Shown: piece after piece, positions 36,305 to 52,819 of the stretch
Layout: each line of letters begins with the position of its first letter
Numbering within the stretch: the first letter of the stretch is position 1
DNA from: Flaccisagitta enflata
Taxonomy: Eukaryota
Direction of reading: 5' to 3'
Assembly (NCBI GenBank): GCA_965153355.1
Contig: OZ231126.1
Location: 38,874,001-38,938,000 of the forward strand
DNA: 64,000 nucleotides
The notes under the pieces: model-generated
Database searches by the model: none
What the model saw: only the letters and a program-made list of their open reading frames with translations
What the model was told of the DNA's origin: nothing
Translations under genes and position numbers: made by a program

Positions 36305-38340
36305 TGGCGTGTTCAAGAATTGCAAAAAATTGATTGCACATGCCCTGCAGATGTTTGGGCACAGGTTACCATATGTATAACAAGGGGGAACCGTTATTGG
36401 GCATTTTCTAGTTACCCTCTGACTGCTCGGCGCATTCAAAATTGGTCAGGAAGGGCCAAAAAAGGCCAAAATCAATAACCCACCCACCAACTTGAAAAAA
36501 TTCAAAAATGGTTAAATTTTCGTGGTTAAGCATCTTTTTTGGACTCGTTGGACACAAAAAACATAAAGGTAGGTGGTTGAGTGGGTGGTTGGGTGGGGTG
36601 ACCCATGGGGTGGGGGCAAGGTGGCCAAATTGGCCAAAAATCACCTCCTGATGGAGGTGGTCGTAAAAAATGACAAAAATCAAAATTGTTGATTTTTTTG
36701 GCAAAAATACATCTTGTTTAGTGGAATTCTGCAAAAAAATTGGTATTATTTGGGTTTTTGGACAAAAAATGGCCCAGATGAAGTTTTGAGGGTTGTTGTA
36801 ATTTTAGCTGGCTGCACACCTTAACTTTGTTTGCTTATAGCTTCTAAACGCTTTAATTCCCAAAAATCTGGTTGGTCTCATCAGAAAGATCTTTCAAAAA
36901 GCTTTCAGAAGCTCATGAATTTTAATTGATTTGGTTGAAAAATGGGGATACAGTGATCTTCCTAAGTACAGTGAAAAATGGAATTTTGTCATCATTTGAC
37001 CTTTCAACTTTTTTTGCTTTTAACTTTTTATCCTTCAAAGCTAGTAAAACACGGTTGGTCTCATCTGAAAGATCTTTCAAAAAGCTTTCAGAAGCCCATG
37101 AATTTTAATTCATTTGGTTGAAAAATAGCAATACAGTGATCTCTCAAAGTACAGTAAAAATGGAATTTTGTCGTTTTTTGACCTGTCAACTTTGTTTGCT
37201 TATAACTTTTTATCCTTAAAAGTTAAAAAAACATGGTTGGTCTCATCTGAAAGATCTTTCAAAGAGCTTTCAGAAGCTCATGAATTTCTATTGATTTGTT
37301 TGAAAAATGGCAATACAGTGATCTCTCAAAGCCTAAGTTGAGGTCTTCAGCTCAACTCATTGAGGAGCAACAATCTTCCTAAATTGATGTCATTTTCAGA
37401 AAAATTGCTAAACCCTTTCAATTTTGAGAGCTTGTATCTACTAAATTGATTGACCTAGAGACCTCAACTTGGACTCATTTTAAAGAGCAGTTACAGCTTT
37501 TTAAAATGAGCCTAAGTCAAGGTCTGATGCTTTGTTCGTTTAAGAGCAGCAGCCTTCCATAGTTGTTATTTTCATAGAATAGCACAGACCCTTAGAACTT
37601 TTGCATCCTAATGATATCATGGATGTAAAATAGGTAAGAGCTGCAGCAGCTTTTTAGTTGCTTGCTATGCGACTCTACACCCTGCTATGTTGGTCCGTTG
37701 GTTGGTCTGTTGGTTGGTCCATTGGTTGGTCCGTCAATTGGTCCTTTGGTTGGTTGATCCATTGGTTGGTCAGTAGTCCCCATTTACTTTTTAGCGTTTC
37801 TGAGCTTTTAGAGCCTACTGCTCCTGCTCAAATGCTCTAGTGACCCTCTCCAGCACTGCCCCTGCCCACGGGCATGCGACTGGGGTACCTGTGTATCCGT
37901 CCTTGTTAAAGAGGAATTCTGTTACGGGGCAGCTGGCGGAATCTGTCCTCCCCTCATCAGGCTCCTCAGGCCTCAAATCTGGCCTCTCAGGCCACAAATC
38001 CAATCTCTCAAGCCTCAATCCTGGCCTCTCAGGCCTCAAATTAGGCCTCTTAGGCCTCAAATCCAAATTCCCAGGCCTTAAACCTGGCCTCTCAGGCCCC
38101 AAATTAGGCGTCTCAGGCCTTTTAGCCTCAATTTATTGCTCTCAGGCTTAAAATCAGTCCTCAGGCCTTTCAAGCCTTAATCCAGCCCTCTCAAGCATCA
38201 AGTCAGCCCTCTCAAGCTTCCAATTGGCATTCACAGGCCTTAAATCAGCCTTCTTAGACCTCAGTTTAGGCTCTTGAAGGCCTTCAATCAGCCCTCTATA
38301 GCATCTCATCCACTTCTTCAGGCAGGATGAACAAAAGTCG

Positions 38341-38403
<63 letters not shown>

Positions 38404-39761
38404 TGTGTGTGTGTCTGTGTCTGTGTGTGTGTTTGTGTGGGTGTGTGTGTGTGTGTCTTTTGAGGGAAATCAACCGAGTTAATGGGTCCAATAATGTTTA
38501 GATGTTATTTTTTACTCTACCTTGGGAGATCACTATAACGCCATTTCCTAACCAATTAATTAACTGTATTGCTATTTTTCAACCAAATGAATTAAAATTC
38601 ATGACCTCCTGAAAGCTTTCCGAAAGATCTTTCAGATTAGACCAACCATGTTTTACTAGCTTTGAAGGATAAAAAGTTATAAGCAAACAAAGTTAACAGG
38701 TCAAGTAACGACGAAATTCCATTTTTTTCTGCACTTTGAGAGATCACTGTATTGCCATTTTTCAAACAAATCAATAAAAATTTATGAGCTTCTGAAAGCT
38801 TTTCAAAATATCTTTCAGATGAGACCAACCATTTTTTACTAACTTTTAAGGATAAAAAGTTATGAGCAAACAAAGTTGACAGGTCAAAAAATGACAAAAT
38901 TCCATTTTTTACTGTTCTTTGAGAGATCACTGTATTGTTATTTTTCAACCAAATCAATAAAAATTCATGAGCTTCTGAAAAATTTTTGAAAGATCTTTCA
39001 GATGAGACCCACCATGTTTTACTAGCTGTGAAGGATAAAAAGTTATAAGCAAAAAAAGTTGACAGGTCAAATGATGACAAAATTCCATTTTTCACTGTAC
39101 TTTGGAAGATCACTGTATCCCCATTTTTCAACCAAATCAATTAAAATTCATGAGCTTCTGAAAGCTTTTTGAAAGATTTTTCAGATGAGACCAACCAGAT
39201 TTTTGGGAATTAAAGCGTTTAGAAGCTATAAGCAAACAAAGTTAAGGTGTGCAGCCAGCTAAAATTACAACAACCCTCAAAACTTCATCTGGGCCATTTT
39301 TTGTCCAAAAACCCAAATAACACCAATTTTTTTGCAGAATCCCACTAAACGAGATGTATTTTTGCCAAAAAAATCAACAATTTTGATTTTTGTCATTTTT
39401 TACGACCACCTCCATCAGGGGGTGATTTTTGGCCAATTTGGCCACCTTGCCCCCACCCCATGGGTCACCCCACCCAACCACCCACTCAACCACCTACCTT
39501 TATGTTTTTTGTGTCCAACGAGTCCAAAAAAGATGCTTAATCATGAAAATTTAACCATTTTTGAATTTTTTCAAGTTGGTGGGTGGGTTATTGATTTTGG
39601 CCTTTTTTGGCCCTTCCTGACCAATTTTGAATGCGCCGAGCGGTCAGAGGGTAACTAGAAAATGCCCAACGACGGTTTCCCCTTGTTATACATATGGTAA
39701 CCTGTGCCTAAACATCTGCAGGGCATGTGCAATCAATTTTTTGCAATTCTTGAACACGCCA
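36305..39761. mobile_element. Mutator/Foldback-like non-autonomous element with TIRs of about 1 kb
   Basis: Termini TGGCGTGTTCAAGAATTGC / GCAATTCTTGAACACGCCA; perfect 9-bp TSD ctgttttat (36296-36304, 39762-39770); near-identical arms with about 180-bp inner subrepeats; nested HINE at 37651-37907 and (TG)n at 38343-38457; no transposase. Confidence 0.93.
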
Positions 39762-40979
39762 CTGTTTTATCAATTAATAGATAGGTGCGTCTTTTTTTTT
39801 GATCCAAGTGGTATAGGTAAATGTACTGTCCTGTGTTTAATGCGCCGCACTGTAGGGCATCGGCCAATGAGGGGGGGCACAAGGTCGATAATACAGAATT
39901 AAGTGTGAGAATAAAATGCACTGGGCGTTAGGGTGTTTAGGAGAAATAGCGATCAAGAGAATGTAAGGCGTTGGGGCCAAGGGGCGTAGGGGCAAATGGG
40001 CATATTGCGTAAAGGTTTGTGGGCGCAAGGGCGTACGGCCTAAGAAAATGAAGAGATTTGAAACAGAGCATGTAAGGCGCGGGTATGCGTTGGTATGCAA
40101 GGACGGAGAAAAGAGATATGGGGCAGACTATGGCGTTAGGGTTTTTAAAGGAAGAAATTAGGCGCGGGGGCATTAAAAGAGAGATTTGAGTCGGCGGAAA
40201 TTCTCTTGGAACATCGCCAAAGTTTTTTTTTATCTCTCTCATAAAAAAAAAAAGTCGAATTAACGGAAGAAAAGCGCCGAAGCCAAACTGGCAGAAATAA
40301 CGGGGAAGTGGTTAGGGTTATGAGCTAGAGGGTGAGAGCCGAGGGCTAAGGGCGTAAGCCACAGCGGGAGTGGAGAGGTTAGTGTTATGGGCTGGTTGTT
40401 GAAAGTTTAGAGCCATAGACAAACCCAAAGAAAACTAGGCTATATGGTGACGGCTCAGGGTCCAAGACAAGATTGTGGAAGTGGTAGTGATTATATACCC
40501 TTGTTGGTTTCAGTTTTACGACCAACCAACGAAGTGACTAAAAAAATGCGCACTGCTGGGAAGGGACAGCTAAGAAAGGACTAATGGAGGTGAGGAGTGA
40601 AAGAGTAAAGACATAAGATGGTGAAGGTGCGGATTGCAAAGGGAGGGGGGAATAGAACAAGAAAAAAAATGAAAGCGATAAGCAAGTTTGATAAGAAGCT
40701 CTTCTGAGCGAAAACGAGAGATGCAGAATAACAGAGATAAAGTATCCTGATGGGTGAAGGGAGAAGAGGGAAATAAAGAGGAGGAAGAGGAGGAAGAGGA
40801 GGAAGAGGAGGAAGAGGAGGAAGAAGACGAAGAGGAGGAAGAGGAAGATGAGGAAGAGGAATATGGGAGAGTTTAAAATCTCCAAAGAATTGAAAAATAA
40901 TGGACTGTCAAAAGCCAAAAGAAGCCAAAAAAAGCTGAGGAACGAAACAAAAATAGAAGGGCGTGGAAGTTAAGTACAA

Positions 40980-41607
40980 ACTAGTCATCCGAGGATCGCA
41001 CATGGTCAGCGGTACCCGATGCCCTGCTTGGAGTGATCAAGTGAAGTAGTGGAGAGAGAGCAGGGCAGCGGCCCCAAAGGGCCGATGTCCTGTAGGACAC
41101 AGGGGGGAATTTCGAGACGTCCTGGGGTATATTAGGTCTGAGAAGATGGATAGAAGTCATTAAAGGCGGGTTTTGAAGCTTGGAGGGCAGAATTAGGTTT
41201 TAAAGGGTAGATTTGAGGTTTGAGGGGCAGGCTTGAGGCCCAGAGGACAAATTTGAGGCCTAAAGAGCTGATTTGAGGCCTTGAGGGTGGATTTGGGGTA
41301 TGGAGGGCTAATTTGAGGTCTGGAGGGCAGATATGAGGTATGGAGAGCTGATTTAAGGTCTCAAGGGCTAAATTGAGGTCTGAAAGGGCTATACAGCCTA
41401 TTCTGATGGCTCAGAGGGCCCAAATCAGGCCCAAATCAGGCCAAAATCAGGCCTGAGAGAGCAAAATTGAGGCCAAGGGGGGGGGGGACGGAAGGACAGA
41501 CGGAAGGACGGAAGGACGGAAGGACGGAAGGACGGAAGGACGGACGTCTCGAAATTCCCCCCTGTGTCCTACAGGACATCGGCCCTTAGGGGCCGCTGCC
41601 CAAAAAA
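40980..41607 (-). mobile_element. Family B element
   Basis: Inverted gggcagcggccccaaagggccgatgtcctgtaggacacagggggaatttcgagacgtcc repeats around a 21-bp array. Confidence 0.85.
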
Positions 41608-41777
41608 GCCGAGACGCTTCAAGTTAAGAATAAAAAAAAGAACAAACAATTGATGCGTCCCCTCTGTTTCCTTGAATATTCCTTACGTTGTACAGTACCG
41701 CCCATAAACGCTGGAGAAACAGATTGTTACCGACCAATCGATGGACAAACCAACCAACCAACAGATGCACCAACAGA

Positions 41778-42287
41778 AATAGTCGCAAAAGCGTTAGATG
41801 GTCAGCGGTACCCGTTGCCCCTATGTGAGTATATGTTGATGTGTGATGGTGAGAGGGGCAGCAGCCCCGAAGCGGCCGATGACCTATGCTCAGTAGTTTT
41901 TGAGCCATGAGGCTGTGATTTGAGCCTCGAGGGGATGATTTAAGCCTCAAGGCTGTGATTTGATCAAAGGCTGGGATTTGAGGCTTTAAGCTGGGATTCG
42001 AGCCTTGAGGCTGGGATGTGAGCCTCAGGGCTGGAATGTGAGCCTCAAGGCTGGAATGTGAGCCTCGAGGCTGGAATGTGAGCCTCGAGGTTGGGATTTA
42101 AGCCTTGAGGCTAGGATTTGGGCCTTGAGGCTAGAATTTGGGCCTCAAGGCTGGGATTTTAGCCTCAAGACTTGGATATGAGCTTCGAAGGGGGTGGACG
42201 TACGGAGGAGAAAGAAGAAGGAGGAGGAGAAATTTGCCCTGTGTAAAAGCATAGGTCATCGGCCCCTTCGGGGCCGCTGCCCAAAAA
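41778..42287 (-). mobile_element. Family B element
   Basis: Collinear with 34447-35255 but with a shorter 20-bp array. Confidence 0.85.
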
Positions 42288-42791
42288 GCGGGGTTTAGAA
42301 TCGCACACAACAAAAACCAAAACAAAAACAAAGACTTAAACAGACGGATACAAAAATGGAAAGATACGCGGATGGCTGGAGCGATGGCCTAATCTGTCCA
42401 TTATCTTTTGATAAGCGACGTGAGGACGTTCCTAGAAAAAGCTGTTGGGGGACGAACCGCAATCATTCAGAAAGCCATGGATCTGAGAGAAAAGGACGTT
42501 TTTCTCTTTAGCCGTGTGGGAATTGAAACGAAAAAAAAAGTTGGACCAGGACGCCAAAACGCCAGGAAACCAGGAAACCAGCAGAGTGCTAGAACGCCAG
42601 AAAAATGAATACTCCAGACACTGACCAAAACAATGGCAATTGGCAAAGCTTAAAAGCTCAGATTCGACGAAAGAAAATAAGGCTGGGCAGTGGCAAAAAG
42701 CAATGATCGCTGGTAGGGTAAAAACTTAGGTCATGCTTACCAACACCTACAAAACTTTTTCTGGGTCTGACCTTTTTTCTTCTTCATCGTA

Positions 42792-42890
<99 letters not shown>

Positions 42891-42899
42891 CCTCTCGTC

Positions 42900-42992
<93 letters not shown>

Positions 42993-43038
42993 GCGAAAAT
43001 CTGAGCGTTACCAAGATGGTTTACTAAAGATATAAAGT

Positions 43039-43114
<76 letters not shown>
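42792..43114. repeat. (GTT)n/(GTCGTT)n and (GA)n microsatellites
   Basis: Directly visible. Confidence 0.97.
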
Positions 43115-43118
<4 letters not shown>

Positions 43119-43860
43119 TTAACTGACAAACAGACAGAAAGACAGTCAGCCAGACAGATCGACACTGGGACCGAACTAATTCCGGTAACCCTCAATGAGG
43201 GTCTCAAATGCGGTTTGAGGAGGGAAGAGATAAGAACGAGTTAAATCATTCGCATTTTCAAAAATGGTGGCATAAAATATGAATGGAGGGGAAGAAGGAG
43301 AAAAAGAAGAAACAAGGCCGAAAACACAAGTCGCGTGCGGGTGGGCAAGGGTAGTGATAAAAGAAGCTACCCATGCGTTTGGGCGGGAGCCTCAATGCAA
43401 TAATAGCCTGAGAAGGCCAAAAAAGTAAAACAAGAAACGCGGAGTTACAATATTGTCGCGGACGGATGAGCAGGGGCGTCCAACCCCTCCCAGCCCATGC
43501 CCTCCCACACAAACACAAAGATAATCTAAAATGCACGTTTCCTACTTCTCAACCCGTGCTGACAGACCAATAGACGGACCAATGAACAGACAGACTGACC
43601 AACAGACCAATGGACAGTCAAAGCTTGTTATAGAATTGCTAGTCCATGACGGATGGATCGACCGGCCGACAGACGGAAAAAGTGGATGAGTTGCGTGCAC
43701 GCGACTAAAAAATCCGGACAGAGTGAAAAGAGGATATGAGAAATGAATATCTTAATAGAATATAGGAAAGCGAAAGATGGAAAAATCAAATTTTGGTATA
43801 TGGCATCCGTAATAAGTGGAGGCATCTCAGTGGAATATTGAATATTGTACAATGTACATA

Positions 43861-44460
43861 CAGTACGATGGGAGCAATGACGACCTAGACTTGAGGATAG
43901 ATTTTAGGTACCTTTATGTTGTCTGTATCATACAATATTTGAGATCTAGGGTAATTAAAGGTTGTTTTATCGAGTGAAAATCTTTGCGTCTCTCAAACTT
44001 GAACTTGCGACTTTACCACATCAAGACTTCATTTTTCGAAGTTCTAACCTATTTCAATAGATCGGGTGAAAAATTTTACATGGTTTTGAAAAAAAAATCA
44101 GCTCAATCGGTTCATTTTTACAGGTTTTATGGCCATTTTAAATTTTGCCTAAAAATTAGTTTGCATAACTTTTGCTTATTAAACATAGCCGTAAAACCTG
44201 TAGAAATGGTCCGATTGAGCTGATTTTTTTTTCAAAATTATATAAAATTTTTCGCCCAATCTAATGAAAATGATTAAAACCTTGAAAAATGAAGTCTAGA
44301 TGAGGTCAAGTCACAAGTTTGGGTTTAAGAGACACAAATGCATTCACTCAATAGAAAAACTTTCAATTAACCTAGACCTCAAATATTTCATGATACAAAT
44401 GAAATTAGGATATCTAAAATCTATCCCCCAGTCTTAGTCGTCATTACTCCCATCGTACTG
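43861..44460. mobile_element. 600-bp fully palindromic Tc1/mariner-type MITE
   Basis: TA|CAGTACGATGGGAG ... CTCCCATCGTACTG|TA; inverted similarity runs to a centre near 44160. Confidence 0.9.
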
Positions 44461-45052
44461 TAGATCTTTTCTGTGCTTTACTTACAACAGATCAACGGAC
44501 AAGCCACACAACTTACCAGGACCTAACCAACAACAACAATGAGACTGACAAAAAAAGTGTAGATTTAAGAAAGCATGATTTATCAACACACTAAAGCACA
44601 AACAAAACGACGACTGACCGACCGACCGACCGACTGCGAATTGCAAGACAAACGAACCGTCCAAAAAGACCAAAAAGACCTACGAATGCACTGGCTCACA
44701 CAAATCTACGAATCCATGAGACTGACGATTCTTTTGCGGCAAATCCAACACACACGATTATAATCCATTTTTTTTTTTCACCCTTTTCAGCTTCACGTTT
44801 CGGACCCCATTTTCCCCCAAAGCAATCATTTCTCATAAAAAAGCTGTTTCTTTCCTTTTCAAGGAGGGGGACAGCCCGCAGCATGTCCTGTGGGGGTCAA
44901 AAGCGACGGAAGAGGAGTAGGAGCAGGTGGAGGAGAAGAAGGATGAGGAGACGAAAGAGGAGAAGTAGGAGAGGAGTAGATAATAAGCAGTTTCAATGCT
45001 TCAGATGCAATGCCAAAGGCATCCAGAAGGAAGTAGCAAAACAGTTTCACCT

Positions 45053-46375
<1,323 letters not shown>

Positions 46376-47013
46376 ATATACACCCGCCTATTCATGAAAA
46401 TTGCCCCCAAGAGATGTCGATGGTGAGGAAGCTAACACAGACTCGTAACTGCTATCGCAACTACGCTTATACTTCAGATGACACGCCCCTTGTCCGAAGA
46501 ACCCCCTTCCTCAGCCTAACCCTGCCAACTGTTCCAACCCCTGCTTTTGCAAATATGCTTTTACTTATGACAGGCCTCTTGTCCCAAGAACCCCCCTGTC
46601 TCAGCCTAACCCTGCCCACCGTTCAAAACCCCTGCTATCGCAGATACGCTCATTCTTATGTCACACACGCATTGGCCCATGCACCCCTTGTCTCAGCCCA
46701 ACCTTCAGACCATCGCAACTTCGCAATATCTCAGATGAAACACTCCTTGTTCCGAGTCAATAGCTCGCTGCAGCGCAGCGCATCGATTCCCACTGCCCCG
46801 ACCCCCTGCCATCGCAAAACGCAAATACGCTTAGATCTCAGATGACACACTCCTTTTCTCAAGAACTCAGCTGTTTCAGCTCAATCCTGCTCACTGTTCC
46901 AACGCCCTGCCATCGCAACCTCGCTCATACTTTAGTTGATACATTCCTTGGACTCAGGAGCCCCCTGTCCTACCCCACCTCTGCCCTTTTACCCGACCCC
47001 GCGCCAATGTAAA

Positions 47014-47664
47014 AGTCGCAAAAGCGTTAGGTGGTCAGCGGAACCCGTGCCCTGCCTAAGTAGGTTGTGCTTGAAGTTGAAGGGGAAGCAGGGCAGTGGC
47101 CCCAAAGGGGTCGTTGACCTTTGCTTTCACATATAAGGGGAATTTTCTCCTTCTTTTCCCCCTCCTCCTCCGTTTGTCCCTCCCCTCTCAAATCCCAGTC
47201 TCGAGGCCCAAGTTCTAGTTTTGAGGCCAAAATCCCAGTCTCGAGGCCCAATTCCCAGCCTCAAGGCCCAAATCCTACCCTCAAGGCCCATATTCTAGCC
47301 TGGAAGCCCAGATCCTAGCCTTGAGGCCCAAACCCCAGCGTCAAGGTTAGCATCTAGGCCTCTTGGCTGGGATTTGGACCTCGAGGCTGAGATTTGAGCT
47401 TCAAGGTAAGAATCTGGGCCTCCAGGCCCTCCACGCTAGGATCCGGGCCTCCATGCTAGGATTTGGGAATCGAGGCTAGGATTTGGGCCTCAAGGCTGGG
47501 ATTTGGGCCTCAAGACTGGGATTTGGGCCTCAAGACTAGAATTTGGGCCTTAAGACTGGGATTTGAGGGGGTGGACGGATGGAGGAGGAGGAGGAGAAGA
47601 AGTAGAAGAAAATTCCCCATATGTGTGAAACTGAGGTCATCTACCCCTTCAGGGCCGCTGCCCA
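47014..47664 (-). mobile_element. Family B element inserted in a degenerate ~75-bp repeat region (46440-47800)
   Basis: agtcgcaaaagcgttaggtggtcagcgg end; internal 20-bp repeats in inverted orientation; closes with agggccgctgccca. Confidence 0.8.
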
Positions 47665-48021
47665 ACAACGGATATACTTCGTATAAATTGCTTCTGTCCC
47701 CAGAAACCACCTCCCTGTTTCAGACCATCCCTTCTCACTACCCCGATCCCCTGCTATCGCAATTACAGTTGCCTCGTCTCGAGTAGCCCCCTGCTCCACG
47801 AAGCCCGCTGCTAAGCCCCCAGTCCCCAGTTCCCCTTCCCCAACCTCAAGTTCTCAGTCCACAGAACCAGTCCCCAGTCCCCAGTCCTCTGTCACCCTCC
47901 ACCCTGCCATCGCAGTTTCCGTTACTGTTCGACTGTCTGTGTGTTCCTCTGTCCCTTATTGTCAGTCCGCATTTTTATTTTTATTTCTCTCGGCTCTGTA
48001 TATTTTTTTCAGTTCTCTTTT

Positions 48022-48076
<55 letters not shown>

Positions 48077-48079
48077 TAC

Positions 48080-48232
<153 letters not shown>

Positions 48233-49220
48233 CTGCTATGTTTTTTTGTCACGTGCACTAATGATTCAGCTCTTCTGGCAAAAAATGATTTCAATGCTAA
48301 GGACGAATTTCTTTTGGTTGCTCGTTGAGGGTTTCCTTTTTTGCCTTCATTTGGGTGCTAAGTGACGTATACATCAAGCAGCGAAATTGTTGGTTACCGA
48401 CTTGAACGAGAGATGCATGATGAATGAGTTTCTGTTGTTGTGAATAATGCTTCTACCATTTTATGTTGACTGCTGTATCTTTTTATCTTTCTTTGCTAAT
48501 GACTGATTTTTAAGCAATAACTTTTTCAGGTGCGCCAAGGCACCTCTATAACTGGCTGTGTCCGTTGGTCTGTCTTTTGGTCTGTCTATCTGTCGGTAAT
48601 GTATTCGTTCGTCGATCTACACGGCGCACCTTATTGGTTTACTTGGCCTTGTTCAGTTGCAGACACGGAACTCTGTAACAGGCTTTGTCCGTCAGTCCTT
48701 CGGTCCGTCAGTCCTTCGGCCCGTCCATCCAGCCGTCGGATCGTTGGTTCCTGTGCACGAGTCGAAAAAAGGGAAAACGAGTGCTTTAGATGCTTTTAGT
48801 TGGCCACTGATTTCAATAAGCTACTAGCCTTAAAAGCAATTAAAAGCATCTAAGAGTTGTTTGCGAAAGTGTTACCTTTACCGTGATACGCACTATACAC
48901 CCCGTGACCCCGATTTTAAAGATCAAGACAAACCCCCCGCCGATGGCGCATGTATATCTGATAAACACTCTCTTGAAAGTTCATCCAACTGCGTTTGCCC
49001 GCCAAGAATTCATAGAGCACCACGATTATGGCAATAAGCAGTCGACGAGTCTGAGTGGCGCTGCAGAGATAACCTTAATGTTGCTTATTAGTCAAAACCA
49101 AAAAATAAGATTCCCGCTTCCTCATCCACTTCCGCACCAGCATCCGCTTCAGTCGAAAAGTGTAGATACGTACGTGCGTTTTTGTGTGACTTTCGTTCGT
49201 GCGTCCATGTGAGTGTGTTC

Positions 49221-49324
<104 letters not shown>

Positions 49325-50607
49325 ATGATTGGGGGAAGGGGTGGAAGGGGGCACAGGGGTATGCCCCTGCCCAGCCGTGCGCAACAATATTGCAATCCCG
49401 TTTTACTTGTTCAGTAACTTCCGTCTCTGCTTTTACTGTAACCTCCTGTTTTAGCCTCTTCGACGCTTCTTCTTTTCTATTAATCATTTTCACGATCTCC
49501 GCTTCCGCTTCCACTTATGCTTCTAGTCACCACTTCCTCCTCTCCCGCTCAACCCTTTCCTTGTAACAACTTTTTCTTGTTTCCCATTAGCCTGAGCAAC
49601 CCATTACTTCTGGAGTTATGCTTCTGCTACTTTCTTTTTTCTATCACCTGATCATACTCTTAATCATCTTTCTCTTCTTTACTTATTGCTTAGCTACTTT
49701 CTTCTCTTTTTACCCGCCTATTCATTCCCTTGAATCATCTTTCTCTCTCATTTGCCATTAGCCTCACAAACCCGAGTGGCCTTAAAATCTTCACGTTCGT
49801 GATGAACTTTGGACCTCCAATTCACAATTCAAGCTTCACCTTTCCAACCTTAACGCGGTATTGTAAATCGTACGTTTTTTTTGGTCTTTTCACCTCTCTC
49901 GATGTAAAAATTGGAATATCATGAATATCATGAATATAACCATGAAAATATTCAGTACTTCGCGCGTGCTATTCAAACTGTAAATCGGTTCTCACATATT
50001 GTTTTTCATGCATTTTACCGTACGATGATTTGGCAACTGGTTGCAGGTTATATATAAACTACATAAAACGTTTCATTTTTTCATTAACCAACAGTCTAAT
50101 TTTCAGTCTTTGGTCGCGTACTACGTGTTCAACGAAGCTACTTTTCAGCTTGTTCTTCGATCGATCGATCGATTCGTCACATTAAATTAATGAATTTTGC
50201 GCGGAATTAGCGACGCTATCCCTGACTGAATGGCCTCCTGCATCACTACCATTGCCTACCCCGCTATTAGTATCAGGGTTGTCCTACCCCTGGTTCTTTT
50301 AAACAAGCGCTTGCTTAGTAAGTGTAGGTTGTGTGGAAAAGAGACATGTAAAGATAAACTTTTGAATGAATTGATGGATGATCAGTTGAGCGATCAGTTT
50401 GACCAACAGGTCTTACTAACAAGGCCAAGCAGGCCAATAAGGTGCGACGTGAGGATTGTCGAACGAATGTGTTACCCGACCGACCGACCAACCGTCCGAC
50501 CAACCGACCGACCAACCGACCGACCAACCGACTGACCAACCAACGGACACAGCCAGTTATAGAAGTGCTTTGTCGCACCTAATAAATGCACGAGATGGAA
50601 AAAGATG

Positions 50608-51172
50608 AACAAGGCCGGATACACGGGCCAAGACGGTGCGCCGAGCGTTAATAATTCTCGGACCTATCCCTAGCTCTATCAGACCTATCGCTAGCTCCAT
50701 CAGACCTATCCCTAGCTCTATCAGACCTATCACTAGCTCCTTCAGACCTATCCCTAGCTCTAGCAGACCTATCCCTAGCTTTATCAGACCTATCCCGAAC
50801 TCTGTTAGACCTCTCCTCAGCTCTATTAGAACTATCACCAGCTCTATCGGACCTATCCCCAGCTCTATCAGACCTACATCCCGCTCTACCAGACCTAACC
50901 GTAGCTGATTTTTTCAGTGAATGAAATGACGAGTAACATCAATGATTAACGAAAAGAGTTTTCAATTGGTTTCAAACATTTTCAGTGATTTTCCATTCGA
51001 GCGTGACGGACGGACGGACGGACGGACGGACGGACGGACGGACGGACGGACGGACGGACGGACGGACGGACGGACGGACGGACGGACGGACAGACGGACG
51101 GACGGACGGACGGACAGACGGACGGACGGACGGACAGAGCCTCTTATAGAGGTGCTATGGCGCACCTAAAAA
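50608..51172 (-). mobile_element. HINE-like element with a central 21-bp tandem array (agacctatccctagctctatc) and (ggac)n
   Basis: aacaaggccggatacacgg end, 21-bp array 50660-50905, (ggac)n 51005-51135, ttatagaggtgctatggcgcacctaaaa end. Confidence 0.8.
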
Positions 51173-51608
51173 AGCCCCCTAGCTATAACCATGAATCAAT
51201 TATCAATGGATGCAAGCCTGACATTGTCAGTCGTAGTGAATGTATGAACAGTCATACGTTGCGAAGAGCATCCACAAAACCAGCCCCAGATACATCGCGA
51301 ATAATTAAGTTGTCTTGAAGCTCGTATTACATAACTTTCTTTTCCTTATCAAGCTTCTATGAATATCTGAATAAGAAACTCACTAAAGAATTGTAAATGC
51401 GATGAAATAGTAATTTCTTGATAGCCCATTAAATGCCTTTGAGACATATTTTAAGATACAGACACGCGACTCATTACCTTACTATTTCGGTCCGTCCGTC
51501 CATCCGTCCATCCATCGGTCCGTCGGTCGGTCTGTTGGTCTATCTGTCGGTCAATCCGTCTCTGTCTCTCTCAGTTTCTCTCTCTCAGTTTCTCTGTCTC
51601 TCTCTCTC

Positions 51609-51720
<112 letters not shown>

Positions 51721-52083
51721 CTATCGCTTATTTTTATGTCTAGTTCTTTTTCCCCTTTATGATCTCTTTTGGTTCCTGCCTTCCTTTCGTAATCAAAGTC
51801 GTCTTTCCTGTTTTGGCTGCTGTGCCCCCCTCTTCTATTCCTCCTTCTCTTCCTCTTCTTTTTCCTCCTCCCCCTCCTCCCCTTCCTTAATCTACGTCGT
51901 CTTTGCTGTTTTATGTTTCATATCGTGGGACTACTCAAGCGGTGGCCACTGAGCCGGTTAGAAAAAAAAAAAAAAAATTCGCATGATCCTAATGGCTTCT
52001 GCTAAGATCCTCACAGCTTTTTACATTTCCAAACGATGACAGTTATGATTTCAAGACCCATTTTGAACACGTTCATTTTTTTG

Positions 52084-52264
52084 CTCATTCATTCATTCAT
52101 TCATTCATTCATTCATTCATTCAGTCACTCATTTATTCATTCATTCATTCATTGATTCGTTCATTCATTCATTCATTCATTCATTCATTCATTCATTCAT
52201 TCATTCATCCATTCATTCATTCATTCATTCATTCATTCATTCATTCATTCATTAATTCATTCAT
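52084..52264. repeat. (CATT)n microsatellite
   Basis: Directly visible. Confidence 0.97.
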
Positions 52265-52703
52265 TTTGTTTTACATATTTGTAAATGCATTTCAAAGCTA
52301 ATGACGCGACGCTTGCACTTTTCGCTCATGAGTGATGTCCTGGCAAAGAGAGGGAACACCGGGCCATGCTTGGGATGGAATGGAAGCCACGGAGCTGGAA
52401 TTTTGGTCTCTGTGACAAGATTTTCGCCAAACGATTTGGAAAGACAAAGATGAGATTGAGAAAGATGGAGAAGTTTCATTAACCCGTCATTGAAATGCTT
52501 TCCTCTTTGGTTTAGCTATCCATTACGAAAATGTAGATTTTGATGAAAAAAAAAAAAAACCGCGCTGAATTTTCTTTTATAAATGCCTTTCTTTCTATCA
52601 GTTAATTAGTCTCTGTTTCTCTATCTATGTCTCTTTCTCTGTCTCTTTCTGTGTCTCTGTCTCTCTCTGTCTGACTCTGTCTCTGTTTCTGTCTCTCTGT
52701 GTC

Positions 52704-52819
<116 letters not shown>

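Noticed and set aside
36408-39658. Two nearly identical 108-aa ORFs on opposite strands
   Set aside because: Mirror images within the TIRs of the foldback element; no transposase motifs.
44883-44980. Protamine-like Arg-rich peptide
   Set aside because: Purine-rich low-complexity DNA running into (TTTC)n; no gene structure.
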